Source of the DNA: Candidatus Woesearchaeota archaeon
GTDB taxonomy: Archaea > Nanobdellota > Nanobdellia > Woesearchaeales > WJIZ01
DNA: 34,771 nt
NCBI GenBank assembly: GCA_018221205.1
Contig: JAAOYF010000034.1
Location: 1 to 34,771 of the forward strand
Reading direction: 5' to 3'
The position numbers and the translations under genes are program-made. Of the stretch, positions 16,904-25,993 are shown in pieces. Positions within the stretch are counted from its first letter, which is position 1. Each line of letters begins with the position of its first letter. The notes beneath the pieces are model-generated. The model made no database searches. It saw only the letters and a program-made list of their open reading frames with translations, and had not been told where the DNA came from.

Positions 16904-17485
16904 ATGGCAGATGAAAGTAGGTTTCGAGCTATAATTGACTTTTTTGATGCTGTCGGCTTGTTTGATGTAGTTCTTCCGTTCATTCTGGTCTTCACTATTG
17001 TCTTCGCCATATTGGAAAAGACAAAGGTGCTGGGCACAGAAGAGATATCTGGCAAGCATTACACCAGAAAGAACCTTAATGCGATGGTAGCATTCGTCAT
17101 GGCATTCTTGGTGATAGCTTCATCTAGGCTGGTCGAGATCATAACAACAGTTTCCTCACAGATATTCATACTTCTATTGTTATCAGTACTCTTCCTTTTG
17201 TTGGTAGGCTCTTTTTACCAGGATGCAGAAGGCGGCTATCTGAAAGGTGGCTGGAAGACCTTCTTTATGGGATTGATGTTTCTTGGCATCGTCTTCATAT
17301 TTCTGGGAGCTATCGAAAATGATGACGGCGATACCATGTTAGATGTATTTTGGGACTGGGCCAAGGGCTCAGGTGATGAGACCACGATCGTGGGCTCTGT
17401 CGTATTGCTGATCGTATTGATCTTGGCCATCATGTACATGGTCAAAGATCCAAATCATACTGTAGAGAAGAAAGAAAAGAAATGA
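16904..17485 (+). CDS. Multi-pass membrane protein (paralogue 1)
   Basis: About 5 hydrophobic segments; LPFILVFTIVFAILEKTKVLG motif. Confidence 0.8.
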   Translation: MADESRFRAIIDFFDAVGLFDVVLPFILVFTIVFAILEKTKVLGTEEISGKHYTRKNLNAMVAFVMAFLVIASSRLVEIITTVSSQIFILLLLSVLFLLLVGSFYQDAEGGYLKGGWKTFFMGLMFLGIVFIFLGAIENDDGDTMLDVFWDWAKGSGDETTIVGSVVLLIVLILAIMYMVKDPNHTVEKKEKK

Positions 17486-17494
17486 GGTGTTATA

Positions 17495-18088
17495 ATGGCA
17501 AATAGAAATTTTTTCCTTGAGGATTTCCTTCGATCATTGGACAGTTGGGGAATAACAGACATTCTCCTTCCCTTCCTGCTGGTATTTGTTATAGTATTCG
17601 CAGTATTGGAGAAAACCTCTGTCTTAGGACAAGGCAAGAAAAATTTTAACGTGATATTTGCCCTCATACTTGGTTTTGCAGTGGTCATTCCTCACTCGAC
17701 CAGTTCCTATCCTATCAGCTTTGACCCTGTAGACATCATCAACGCAGCCCTTCCACAGGTCTCTATCTTGGTAGTGGCGATCATGATGCTCCTTGTTCTC
17801 ATAGGAGTCTTTGCTCATGACAAGGTCTTTCTCGGCTTGGCCATGCCTGGCTGGATCGGTTTCTTTTCTATCATCTCAATCATCTACATCTTCGGCAATG
17901 CAGCTGGTTTCTGGGGAGCAGGTGGTTTGCAGGCATTTTTAGGAGAAGACATCGTAGCCATAGTGGTCATGATATTGGTGTTCGGCCTGATCATCGCATT
18001 TATCACATCCAGCAAGGATGATACAAAGAGTGCCCTTGAACGAGGAGGAATAGCCTTTAAGCAGCTCTTCGGCGGCGGCAAGCATTAA
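17495..18088 (+). CDS. Multi-pass membrane protein (paralogue 2)
   Basis: LPFLLVFVIVFAVLEKTSVLG motif; GAGGTG SD upstream. Confidence 0.8.
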   Translation: MANRNFFLEDFLRSLDSWGITDILLPFLLVFVIVFAVLEKTSVLGQGKKNFNVIFALILGFAVVIPHSTSSYPISFDPVDIINAALPQVSILVVAIMMLLVLIGVFAHDKVFLGLAMPGWIGFFSIISIIYIFGNAAGFWGAGGLQAFLGEDIVAIVVMILVFGLIIAFITSSKDDTKSALERGGIAFKQLFGGGKH

Positions 18089-18090
18089 AA

Positions 18091-18612
18091 ATGGCCACAT
18101 TCTTTGATTTGACAGGCTTGGAAGCGTTTTCAAAGGTCTTCATCTTTATTTTAGTAGTCATATCCATATATGCAATCCTTCACTTCTCAAAATTCGGCAG
18201 GATATCATGGTTGCCATGGTTAGTGGCATTAGTGATGGGGTTGTTCGTCATCATGTCGGATCTCGCGACTGGATTGATAAAGGCACTCATTCCTTGGGGC
18301 GCTGTCCTCTTCCTCTTCCTCGTATTTTCGATGACTGCCTCTCAGATGTTCGGTGCTGCACCCGCAGACTGGGCACAGTTTAAATGGGTGTTATACATTA
18401 TCGTGATCCTTATCCTATTTATCAGCACCATGTTCTATTTCAGAGAGAATACCGTCGTTCCTGGAGATATCGATGAAGACCAGGACGAATTGAAAGAAGC
18501 CAGTTATTTCACATCAGGAAATTTCTTCTTGCATCCAAATTTCCTTGCCTTGATGTTCATCCTGCTGGTGGGGATATTCACTGTCGCGCTGCTGGCAGGA
18601 AAGTCTATTTAG
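18091..18612 (+). CDS. Multi-pass membrane protein (divergent paralogue 3)
   Basis: FIFILVVISIYAILHFSK matches the same N-terminal motif; similar TM layout. Confidence 0.75.
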   Translation: MATFFDLTGLEAFSKVFIFILVVISIYAILHFSKFGRISWLPWLVALVMGLFVIMSDLATGLIKALIPWGAVLFLFLVFSMTASQMFGAAPADWAQFKWVLYIIVILILFISTMFYFRENTVVPGDIDEDQDELKEASYFTSGNFFLHPNFLALMFILLVGIFTVALLAGKSI

Positions 18613-19186
18613 AGAAGCCTTTGGTATATCGTTCTAATTTATTTACATTCTCTGTAAAAGTAGGAAGGATCTTCTGGAATGCCATCTCCATCGCTTTGAT
18701 CTCACTGCCCACATTGGTAAGATTCTGATCATATTCTGATATCTTTCCCAAGATACCTTTATGTAAGCTCTCGAATCTCTCTTTCAGATTCTTTATCTCC
18801 TGGATGACAGTATTCAGCACAGTCTCGGTCTGCTCCTTCCATTCAATGACCTTGTTGATGTCCTTCATCAGATTGTTCCATTTTTCATCGATGATGGCCT
18901 CTGCTATCTCTTCCACTCTCTCACGGATATCATCGCCGCCATAAGAGGAAGATCCTTCATACCCGCCGAAATCTGCCCCAGGATCAGGAGGGGCTGGTTC
19001 AGGGTAAGCTTGTTCATATCCCTGTTGGCCTTGGTCAGGCTGTGCAGATCCTTGCTGAGAATAATCTGGTTGTTGAGGTGCAGCCTGCTGCTGCTCATAA
19101 TAGCCAGGATCTGGGCCAGGCGCGTCCATAGGCATGCCTGCAGACATATTTGCTGCCGGATCTCTTTTTTTCCCAAATAAAGCCAT
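18605..19186 (-). CDS. Protein with a low-complexity P/Q/Y-rich N-terminus and a C-terminal coiled coil
   Basis: Disordered first ~85 aa, then ERVEEIAEAIIDEKW and heptad-like helices. Confidence 0.78.
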   Translation of the reverse strand: MALFGKKRDPAANMSAGMPMDAPGPDPGYYEQQQAAPQQPDYSQQGSAQPDQGQQGYEQAYPEPAPPDPGADFGGYEGSSSYGGDDIRERVEEIAEAIIDEKWNNLMKDINKVIEWKEQTETVLNTVIQEIKNLKERFESLHKGILGKISEYDQNLTNVGSEIKAMEMAFQKILPTFTENVNKLERYTKGFSK

Positions 19187-19197
19187 CTATCTACCTC

Positions 19198-19626
19198 TTA
19201 CTGTTGTCCAGCCTTGTCCCTATTTAAATATTTCTTCTTCTGCATCTTTTCGATGACATCTTTGACAACATCCTCAACTTCATTATGGGTGACAAAATTG
19301 ACAGGCTCCCACAAATTGAGGTATTTTTTCAGAATATCGACATTCTCTTTCTTAGCAAAACCCTCTAACTCTCTGAGCAGGATCATCATCTTATCCTTCA
19401 CATCAGCGATCTCTTTCTTGACTTCAGTCATCTCAAGGTTCAATGTCTTGATCTCAGAGAAGAACGTCTTATGCTTGTTCAGCATGTTTTGGTCAGTGAC
19501 TTGGAATTTGCTCCGAAGATTAGTATAGCGCTCTTCCAGCATCTTCATCCTGCGTGCTACTCCTTGCAGTTCTTCTTTCACTCCAGCACCAGGCCCCATT
19601 TCCTGGCCAGCCCGCTGTTTCCCCAT
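19198..19626 (-). CDS. Coiled-coil hypothetical protein
   Basis: Start moved to ATG 19626 (MGKQRAG), with a TATA-like sequence upstream; long heptad pattern ending in KKYLNLWEPVNFVT. Confidence 0.72.
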   Translation of the reverse strand: MGKQRAGQEMGPGAGVKEELQGVARRMKMLEERYTNLRSKFQVTDQNMLNKHKTFFSEIKTLNLEMTEVKKEIADVKDKMMILLRELEGFAKKENVDILKKYLNLWEPVNFVTHNEVEDVVKDVIEKMQKKKYLNRDKAGQQ

Positions 19627-19750
19627 CGTAATCTTGACCATACAGCAGAAATTCCTTGCAAAATATATAAGGGTATGTAAGGATTTAGGAGTAGTAATCA
19701 AGACAACCCAAGTGTTCTAACCTAACCCCCGAAACCTTTATATACTCATT

Positions 19751-19804
19751 ATATTATAAAATATACTTAATACATAAAACAGGAGGGCATATATTTTATA
19801 ATAT
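19751..19804. promoter_or_regulatory. 15-bp perfect inverted repeat, candidate operator
   Basis: ATATTATAAAATATA (19751-19765) and TATATTTTATAATAT (19790-19804) with a 24-nt spacer. Confidence 0.55.
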
Positions 19805-19903
19805 GTTTGATCTCACGTTTTTTTCGTCCGTAAAACGGGTCTTGATACCCCCAACAACGACTTATTCTAGTCCCTTTTACGGATTTATTTATTTTAAGCC
19901 AAC

Positions 19904-20041
19904 ATGAAAAGACCAATATCCGCCACAATAGATGAAGAACTCATTGATTGGATAGCGAAGCAGCTGAAAGATAAGACCAAGTACCGAAATAAATCTCACC
20001 TTATTGAGATCGCTTTAGAAAAGCTGAAGAAGGAAAAATGA
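19904..20041 (+). CDS. Ribbon-helix-helix (CopG/MetJ/Arc-like) DNA-binding protein, 45 aa
   Basis: Hand translation: MKRPISATIDEELIDWIAKQLKDKTKYRNKSHLIEIALEKLKKEK*; ATGA overlap with the ATPase start. Confidence 0.82.
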   Translation: MKRPISATIDEELIDWIAKQLKDKTKYRNKSHLIEIALEKLKKEK

Positions 20042-22317
20042 AAGAGCCCTTTTCATATAAAACCATAAGGCAAGGAGAAGATTCTGTCTTGCAGATAGAC
20101 TGTGAGCAATATATCAGGCTTCCCTCTATCGAAGATGATCCCATGACCATGTCAAGGGCCATCGACATACTCACCAAAGAACGGAATGTGACGAAGATAG
20201 TCTTCCAGCAGAAGAGGGATTATGAATATGATTTCGAGCAGACCTCTCTGTTGAGAGAGGTCGCCGCATTATATGTCAAGCTCATAAAATCAAAAGACCT
20301 CTTGAGTTTCAGGACTTTAGACTATCAGAAATGCGAACGGTTCATCGGAGGCTGGTATGCTGAACTAAGAAATATAGTCTCACACATATTGAAGACAGAT
20401 CCGGCAGGCGCCTATGTCGAGCTGAAGAGGATCCATAGGAGAGAATCAATAAAATTAGACAAATATGCTGATGAGACAGCATCGGCGTGTGTGAAAGGCT
20501 ATCTGGATATCCTGACAAGGATCATTGAGATGTTCGAAAAGACCAAATTCATAGCTACAATAAAACAATATTCAGCAGGCCACAAGCCAGGTGACAGAGA
20601 AGTCTACCAGCGCATCTTCAGAGCGACCATCAAGCCAGATTTCATGTTCACCAAGCTGATGGCGACCTATCCCCCAGAAGGAGAGGAATTAGATAACTAC
20701 GAACTGCCGGATGGTTCTGAAGTAACAATTTTTGAACTCCCTGATACGGTCCAATATCTCTATCACATAACCCCTCCGGAATTTCGGTTGGATGAAGACC
20801 AATATGAAATACTGGATACTGCAAGGAAAGTCATGGCAGAGCACAAGCCAAAGCGTTCTGATTTTGTCGATCCAGAAAGGATAAGGCAGGTCTTCCAGAA
20901 TGTAGGAAAGGATTTGATAGAAGAGCTGGCAGGCTACAAGAATATAAGGCTCAAAGATAAGGAAATTACGATGCTAACCAGTATCTTGGTGAGATACACC
21001 ATCGGCTTCGGTTTGATCGAAGTCCTCATGCAGGATGAGAAGATCCAGGACGTGACGATCAATTCCCCGATGGGTGAGATTCCTATGTTCATCGTCCATC
21101 AGGATTTTGGAGACTGCAAGACCAATGTCATCCCCACCGAGCCTGAATCTGAAAGCTGGGCTTCAAAATTAAGGCTCATCTCCGGCCGCCCATTAGACGA
21201 GGCCAATCCCATATTGGATACAGAGCTTTCCCTCCCAGGAGCTTCTGTCAGGGTCGCAGTCATCGCTTCTCCATTGAATCCTACTGGGTTAGCGTATGCC
21301 TTCAGGAGGCATCGTGACCGTCCTTGGACCCTTCCTCTCTTCATAAAGCAGAAGATGCTTGACCCATTGTCAGCAGGAATCTTGAGCTTCTTGATAGATG
21401 GATCAAGGACAATGTTGATAGCAGGAACAAGATCAGCAGGAAAGACCTCTTTATTGAGTGCAGTCATGGTCGAAGTCATGAGAAGAGGAAGGATGATCAC
21501 CATAGAAGATACGTTAGAGCTCCCAGTCTCCTCATTAAGAAAACTTGGTTTTAATATCCAATCCATGAAAGTCGCTTCTGCCATGTCCCATGGAACAGCA
21601 GAAGTCCCTGCTGATGAAGGCATCCGTACAACGCTAAGATTAGGAGATTCAGGATTGATAATCGGAGAAGTAAGGTCTACCGAAGCAAAAGCATTATACG
21701 AATCCATGCGTATCGGCGCTCAGGCAAACATAGTGGCCGGAACAATCCACGCCGACTCCCCTTATGGAGTATTCGATAGGGTGACAAATGATCTGGGCGT
21801 GCCTAAAACATCCTTCAAAGCCACTGATGTCATCGTCGTAGCAAACCCCATAAGGTCTCCAGATGGCATCCATCGATGGAGACGGGTAACACAGATAACT
21901 GAAGTCCGCAAGCAATGGGAGAACGATCCCATGCTGGAGCAGGGCTTTGTTGATCTGATGCGTTATTCCCCGAAAGAAGATACTCTCAAGCCTTCAGATG
22001 AGCTGATAAATGGTGATTCAGAGGTCCTGAAGGCAATCGCTGGCAATGTGAAGGAATGGGCCGGCAACTGGGACGCGATCTGGGAAAATATCCTCATGAG
22101 GGCGAAGATAAAGGAATCGATAGTCAAATATTCCGAAAAGCATAAACGCCCTGATCTATTGGAAGCAGAGTTCGTCATATTGGCAAATGATGAGTTCCAT
22201 AAGATCTCAGACAGGGTTGCAGAGAGGACAGGCTCTTTAGATGCGAAGAAGATATTCTTCGAATGGGAAGAGTGGCTCAAGCGCAGGCTCAAGAAAGACA
22301 GGTTTAAAGCCCAATAA
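20038..22317 (+). CDS. Type II/IV secretion (VirB11/CpaF/ArlI-like) ATPase with long N-terminal extension
   Basis: Walker A GTRSAGKT, TIEDTLEL, Walker B IIGEVRS and His box GTIHADS. Confidence 0.9.
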   Translation: MKEPFSYKTIRQGEDSVLQIDCEQYIRLPSIEDDPMTMSRAIDILTKERNVTKIVFQQKRDYEYDFEQTSLLREVAALYVKLIKSKDLLSFRTLDYQKCERFIGGWYAELRNIVSHILKTDPAGAYVELKRIHRRESIKLDKYADETASACVKGYLDILTRIIEMFEKTKFIATIKQYSAGHKPGDREVYQRIFRATIKPDFMFTKLMATYPPEGEELDNYELPDGSEVTIFELPDTVQYLYHITPPEFRLDEDQYEILDTARKVMAEHKPKRSDFVDPERIRQVFQNVGKDLIEELAGYKNIRLKDKEITMLTSILVRYTIGFGLIEVLMQDEKIQDVTINSPMGEIPMFIVHQDFGDCKTNVIPTEPESESWASKLRLISGRPLDEANPILDTELSLPGASVRVAVIASPLNPTGLAYAFRRHRDRPWTLPLFIKQKMLDPLSAGILSFLIDGSRTMLIAGTRSAGKTSLLSAVMVEVMRRGRMITIEDTLELPVSSLRKLGFNIQSMKVASAMSHGTAEVPADEGIRTTLRLGDSGLIIGEVRSTEAKALYESMRIGAQANIVAGTIHADSPYGVFDRVTNDLGVPKTSFKATDVIVVANPIRSPDGIHRWRRVTQITEVRKQWENDPMLEQGFVDLMRYSPKEDTLKPSDELINGDSEVLKAIAGNVKEWAGNWDAIWENILMRAKIKESIVKYSEKHKRPDLLEAEFVILANDEFHKISDRVAERTGSLDAKKIFFEWEEWLKRRLKKDRFKAQ

Positions 22318-22343
22318 TAACCAAGATAAATTAAGACTCAATA

Positions 22344-24488
22344 ATGACCAAGATAAAAAAAGAGGAGTACAAAGACTTATTAGATAAATATAAATCCAAA
22401 CTTTCTCAGGAATTAGAAGGCCACGTAGAAGAAGCCATTCCCCAGACAAGGGAGTATACTCAATTCAGGCAGGAGATTCTTCCTCCTCATATGAATGCAT
22501 ATGAGAAAGCATGCCAGTTTGCAGGAAAGATCCTTAATCTCAAGCCGGATAAGAAAAAAGCACCCTTGTTGCAGGAAGCTATAGAATCCGCTCATCTTAA
22601 TATCACCCCCATAGGGGCAGTTTCCTTTGGTATTCTTGTCCCTCTTCTCCTGATAGTGATTGGCAGCATAGTCGCTTTTGCTTTTCTCCAATCATTGATG
22701 TTTGTCATGATAGTCCTTATTCTCGGAGTAATCATGATCAAACCCCTTTCGAATCTTCCCATCTACATCGCTTCGTACTGGCGTTTGAAAGCTTCCAATC
22801 AGATGGTACTCTGCATTTTCTATGTGGTAACATATATGCGTCATACCTCTAATATTGAAAAAGCCATCCAGTTCGCATCAGAGCATCTCTCTCCTCCTCT
22901 TTCATTGGACATGAGAAAGATCGTCTGGGATGTCGAGACAGAGAAATATGATACACTGAAGCAATCATTGGATATCTACCTGAATTCATGGAGAAAATAC
23001 AATGTCGAATTTGTCGAGGCATTCCATTTGGTAGAATCTTCTTTGTTGGAAGGCGATGAGACAAGAAGATTGGGTGCACTAGACCGTGCCTTGGATGTCA
23101 TCCTGGAAGAGACATATGAAAAGATGCTGCATTATGCCCATCATCTGAAATCCCCTATCACCATGCTCCATATGCTCGGTATAATCCTCCCCATCCTAGG
23201 ATTAGTCATCCTTCCCTTGGTTGTTTCTTTTATGGAAGGGGTGAGCTGGCTCCATCTGTTCTTCTTCTACAACATCATCATTCCAGTAGCAGTCTATTCA
23301 TTAGGCCGTTCAATCCTGACTAAGCGTCCTACTGGCTATGGAGATACAGATATCTCTGAAGAGATCCCTTCATTGAAGAAATTCAAGAACGTCATGGTAA
23401 GATTCGGAAAGAACATCGTACCCATCAACCCCATCATCTTCGCCATCATCATCGGAGGCATCATCCTCCTGATAGGTCTCTCCCCCATCATTATACACTC
23501 TCTCTCTCCAGCATTTGAATTTCCCGCCGATCCAGATGCCTCGTTCCATCTGATGGAATATCAGGAGGATACTGATGGAAACCTCGTAGGCCCCTTTGGT
23601 CTCGGAGCGTCAATATTGAGTCTATTCGTCACATTGGCATTCGGTCTTGGCTTTGGTCTGTTCTTCAGGTTGAGGTCAAAGAACCTCATCAAGATAAGAC
23701 GGAAGACAAAGAAGCTCGAGGACGAATTTGCCTCTGCATTGTTTCAATTAGGGAACCGATTAGGAGATAACATACCTGCAGAGCTGGCTTTTTCGACAGT
23801 TGCAGAGTATATGCAAGATACTGCTTCTGGAAAATTCTTCAGTTTGGTAAGTATCAACATAAGAAAGCTCGGCATGAGCGTCCAGCAGGCCATTTTCTCC
23901 CCGAAATATGGGGCTATCCGCTATTTCCCCTCTAAAATCATCGAAAGCTCCATGAAAGTGCTCGTAGAGTCAGTAAAGAAAGGTCCAAGGATAGCAGCAC
24001 AGTCCCTCACCAATATGGCACGCTACATCAAGGAGATCCATAGGGTCAACGAACGCTTGAAAGACCTCATGGCTGATATTGTTTCATCGATGAATTCTCA
24101 GATCAAGTTCCTCACACCAGCAATATCCGGCATAGTGGTAGGGATAACCTCTATGATCACCTTCATCTTGGCAAGGCTCTCGACCCAGCTGGCGAAATTA
24201 GGACAGGGGTCTGAACTCGGAACCTCCACTTTGGGTGTAGCGACCATCTTCGGATTAGGCATCCCTACTTACTTCTTCCAGATTGTCGTCGGATTATACG
24301 TCGTGCAGATCATCTATATCCTGACCATTATGTCCAACGGCATCGAGAATGGGTCTGACAAGCTGAATGAGCGCTATCAGGTAGGCGTCAACATCATGAA
24401 GAGCACCATTCTATATTGTTTCATAGCGCTGTTCGTGATGATCCTCTTCAACTTCATCGCCTCTAATATCATCTCAAGTTCTCTGTAA
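22344..24488 (+). CDS. Type IV pilus platform membrane protein (TadC/ArlJ-like, two T2SSF-like halves)
   Basis: Follows the ATPase; two cytoplasmic domains, each followed by TM helices. Confidence 0.78.
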   Translation: MTKIKKEEYKDLLDKYKSKLSQELEGHVEEAIPQTREYTQFRQEILPPHMNAYEKACQFAGKILNLKPDKKKAPLLQEAIESAHLNITPIGAVSFGILVPLLLIVIGSIVAFAFLQSLMFVMIVLILGVIMIKPLSNLPIYIASYWRLKASNQMVLCIFYVVTYMRHTSNIEKAIQFASEHLSPPLSLDMRKIVWDVETEKYDTLKQSLDIYLNSWRKYNVEFVEAFHLVESSLLEGDETRRLGALDRALDVILEETYEKMLHYAHHLKSPITMLHMLGIILPILGLVILPLVVSFMEGVSWLHLFFFYNIIIPVAVYSLGRSILTKRPTGYGDTDISEEIPSLKKFKNVMVRFGKNIVPINPIIFAIIIGGIILLIGLSPIIIHSLSPAFEFPADPDASFHLMEYQEDTDGNLVGPFGLGASILSLFVTLAFGLGFGLFFRLRSKNLIKIRRKTKKLEDEFASALFQLGNRLGDNIPAELAFSTVAEYMQDTASGKFFSLVSINIRKLGMSVQQAIFSPKYGAIRYFPSKIIESSMKVLVESVKKGPRIAAQSLTNMARYIKEIHRVNERLKDLMADIVSSMNSQIKFLTPAISGIVVGITSMITFILARLSTQLAKLGQGSELGTSTLGVATIFGLGIPTYFFQIVVGLYVVQIIYILTIMSNGIENGSDKLNERYQVGVNIMKSTILYCFIALFVMILFNFIASNIISSSL

Positions 24489-24508
24489 CCGAGAAGGATA
24501 ATCTCAAG

Positions 24509-24515
24509 AAAAAAA
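24509..24515 (-). terminator. Oligo-T terminator downstream of tRNA-Phe
   Basis: T7 run on the minus strand, 1 nt after the discriminator base. Confidence 0.55.
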
Positions 24516-24516
24516 G

Positions 24517-24644
24517 TGGGGACGCCGTGATTTGAACACGGGACACCTAGATCTCTACTCATCATAGGCAAAGGCCTCTGCAGATCTAGTGCAGATATGC
24601 CTGGAACTTCAGTCTAGTGCTCTCCCAGGCTGAGCTACGTCCCC
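24517..24644 (-). tRNA. tRNA-Phe(GAA) with a 54-nt intron at position 37/38 (intron 24553-24606); CCA not encoded
   Basis: Acceptor GGGGACG/CGTCCCC, D arm GCTC/GAGC, anticodon stem CTAGA/TCTAG with loop CTGAAG|A, T arm CCGTG-TTCAAAT-CACGG; TTTAAA box about 27 nt upstream. Confidence 0.93.
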
Positions 24645-24683
24645 AGAGAATATTTCGAAGTAAATTACTCTTTAAATGACTTT

Positions 24684-25133
24684 CTATTCAGAATCAATCT
24701 TTTCATCGATCTCTTCGATCACTTCTTCCTCGACTTCCTCATCTGCCGTGACAGCATCTTCACCTTCTTCTTTTTTGCTGCCATCAAGGATTTCAGTCTC
24801 TTCTGCTTCATCTTTAGTGACAGATGCTTCAGGACTGGCCTCAGCACTCTCGACAACCTCCATCTTTCCGAATTTTCCTGTGGAAAGCTGCAGTTCTCCC
24901 TGCCACTCGCTTACCCATCCATTCTCTATCTTGATCGTATCACCTACTTTCACTTTGTCGATATCCTCGTTCCAAAGGGTGATGGTGATGGTGCCAGTAT
25001 CATCTTTAGCTTTAGCGTTGCATACTCTTCCGGATTTGCCGAATTTCTCGAATTCCCGAGGTTCGTCTTTAGAAACTATCTCTAGTGTGATGTCTATCTT
25101 CCCCTGCCGTGCTTGTAAGTCTTTGACTGCCAT
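24684..25133 (-). CDS. ssb: Single OB-fold ssDNA-binding protein (SSB/RPA) with an acidic tail
   Basis: DDTGTITITLWNE and IKIENGWVSEWQGELQL; E/D-rich C-terminal ~50 aa. Confidence 0.85.
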   Translation of the reverse strand: MAVKDLQARQGKIDITLEIVSKDEPREFEKFGKSGRVCNAKAKDDTGTITITLWNEDIDKVKVGDTIKIENGWVSEWQGELQLSTGKFGKMEVVESAEASPEASVTKDEAEETEILDGSKKEEGEDAVTADEEVEEEVIEEIDEKIDSE

Positions 25134-25137
25134 CCCC

Positions 25138-25896
25138 CTAAGAAGTTCCCCGCTTTTTATAAACCTTTCCCACAGGTTTAGAAATTTTCCAGAGTAAATT
25201 AAACTGTTTTCTGTAGGAATCTGCCAAATTCTCGTTTTTTATGATAATAGTATATTTTGGATTTCCCCAGATGATTATTGCCAATTTATCGCCATACACA
25301 TAGATAGGAGTCGGATTGAAATACTCCCCAGAGATCCATTTATACGACGTCTGTTTGCCTTCTACAAAATGAGTATCACCCTCTTTTATCAATATCCGCT
25401 CTCTGCATTGTAGTTTCCGTAATTTGTTGAGATATTGCGATAAGGCAATGCGCTCATCTTCCAAAAATTTCCTTTCCTCTACACCACTGATCAATACTTC
25501 CCCTTTTTTCTTTGAAAATACTTTTAAAATATCTCGACACAGACTCTGAAATATCTCCTTTCCCTTGAATACCTCCACTAAAGTATCTTCTCGAGGCATC
25601 GTTGATAAGGCAACCAATTCTGGTAACAGAGTCCTGAATTTTTCTTCCTTTTCTTTGATATAATCCAATATTTTGCCAGGTCTTATTCCTTGGAAATGCT
25701 TCTTACTACTTTTGATCACAAAACTTACGAATCCCTTCTCCAATAATCTATCCAAGGCATCATAGACAGCCTGTCTGTGCAGGCCAGACTTCTCAGCAAC
25801 AATGTTAACAGTTACAGATCCACTCTTCAATAAGGTGAGATACACCTCAATTTCATTGTTGGTGAGTCCCAGTTCCTTCAATATCTCTTTATCCAT
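25138..25896 (-). CDS. TrmB-family transcriptional regulator
   Basis: Start moved to ATG 25896 (MDKEILKELGLTNNEIEVYLTLL); wHTH with VYDALDRLLEKGFV and a C-terminal effector domain. Confidence 0.87.
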   Translation of the reverse strand: MDKEILKELGLTNNEIEVYLTLLKSGSVTVNIVAEKSGLHRQAVYDALDRLLEKGFVSFVIKSSKKHFQGIRPGKILDYIKEKEEKFRTLLPELVALSTMPREDTLVEVFKGKEIFQSLCRDILKVFSKKKGEVLISGVEERKFLEDERIALSQYLNKLRKLQCRERILIKEGDTHFVEGKQTSYKWISGEYFNPTPIYVYGDKLAIIIWGNPKYTIIIKNENLADSYRKQFNLLWKISKPVGKVYKKRGTS

Positions 25897-25923
25897 AAGG
25901 TAGAGGAGCATAGTGAGGAATAT

Positions 25924-25943
25924 AAAGTTTTCGTAAAAACTTT
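25924..25943. promoter_or_regulatory. Palindrome AAAGTTTT-CGTA-AAAACTTT between divergent genes, candidate TrmB operator
   Basis: 8-bp inverted repeat overlapping the TATA-like sequence of the TrmB gene. Confidence 0.45.
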
Positions 25944-25993
25944 TACTACAAATGTTTATAATGGGATATCCGATACTCTCAAAAAGTGATAAA

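Noticed and set aside
24676..25197. Ser-rich 173-aa ORF and the other antisense ORFs in the track
   Set aside because: Shadow frames of well-supported genes on the opposite strand; for example, the Ser-rich frame mirrors the Glu-rich SSB tail.
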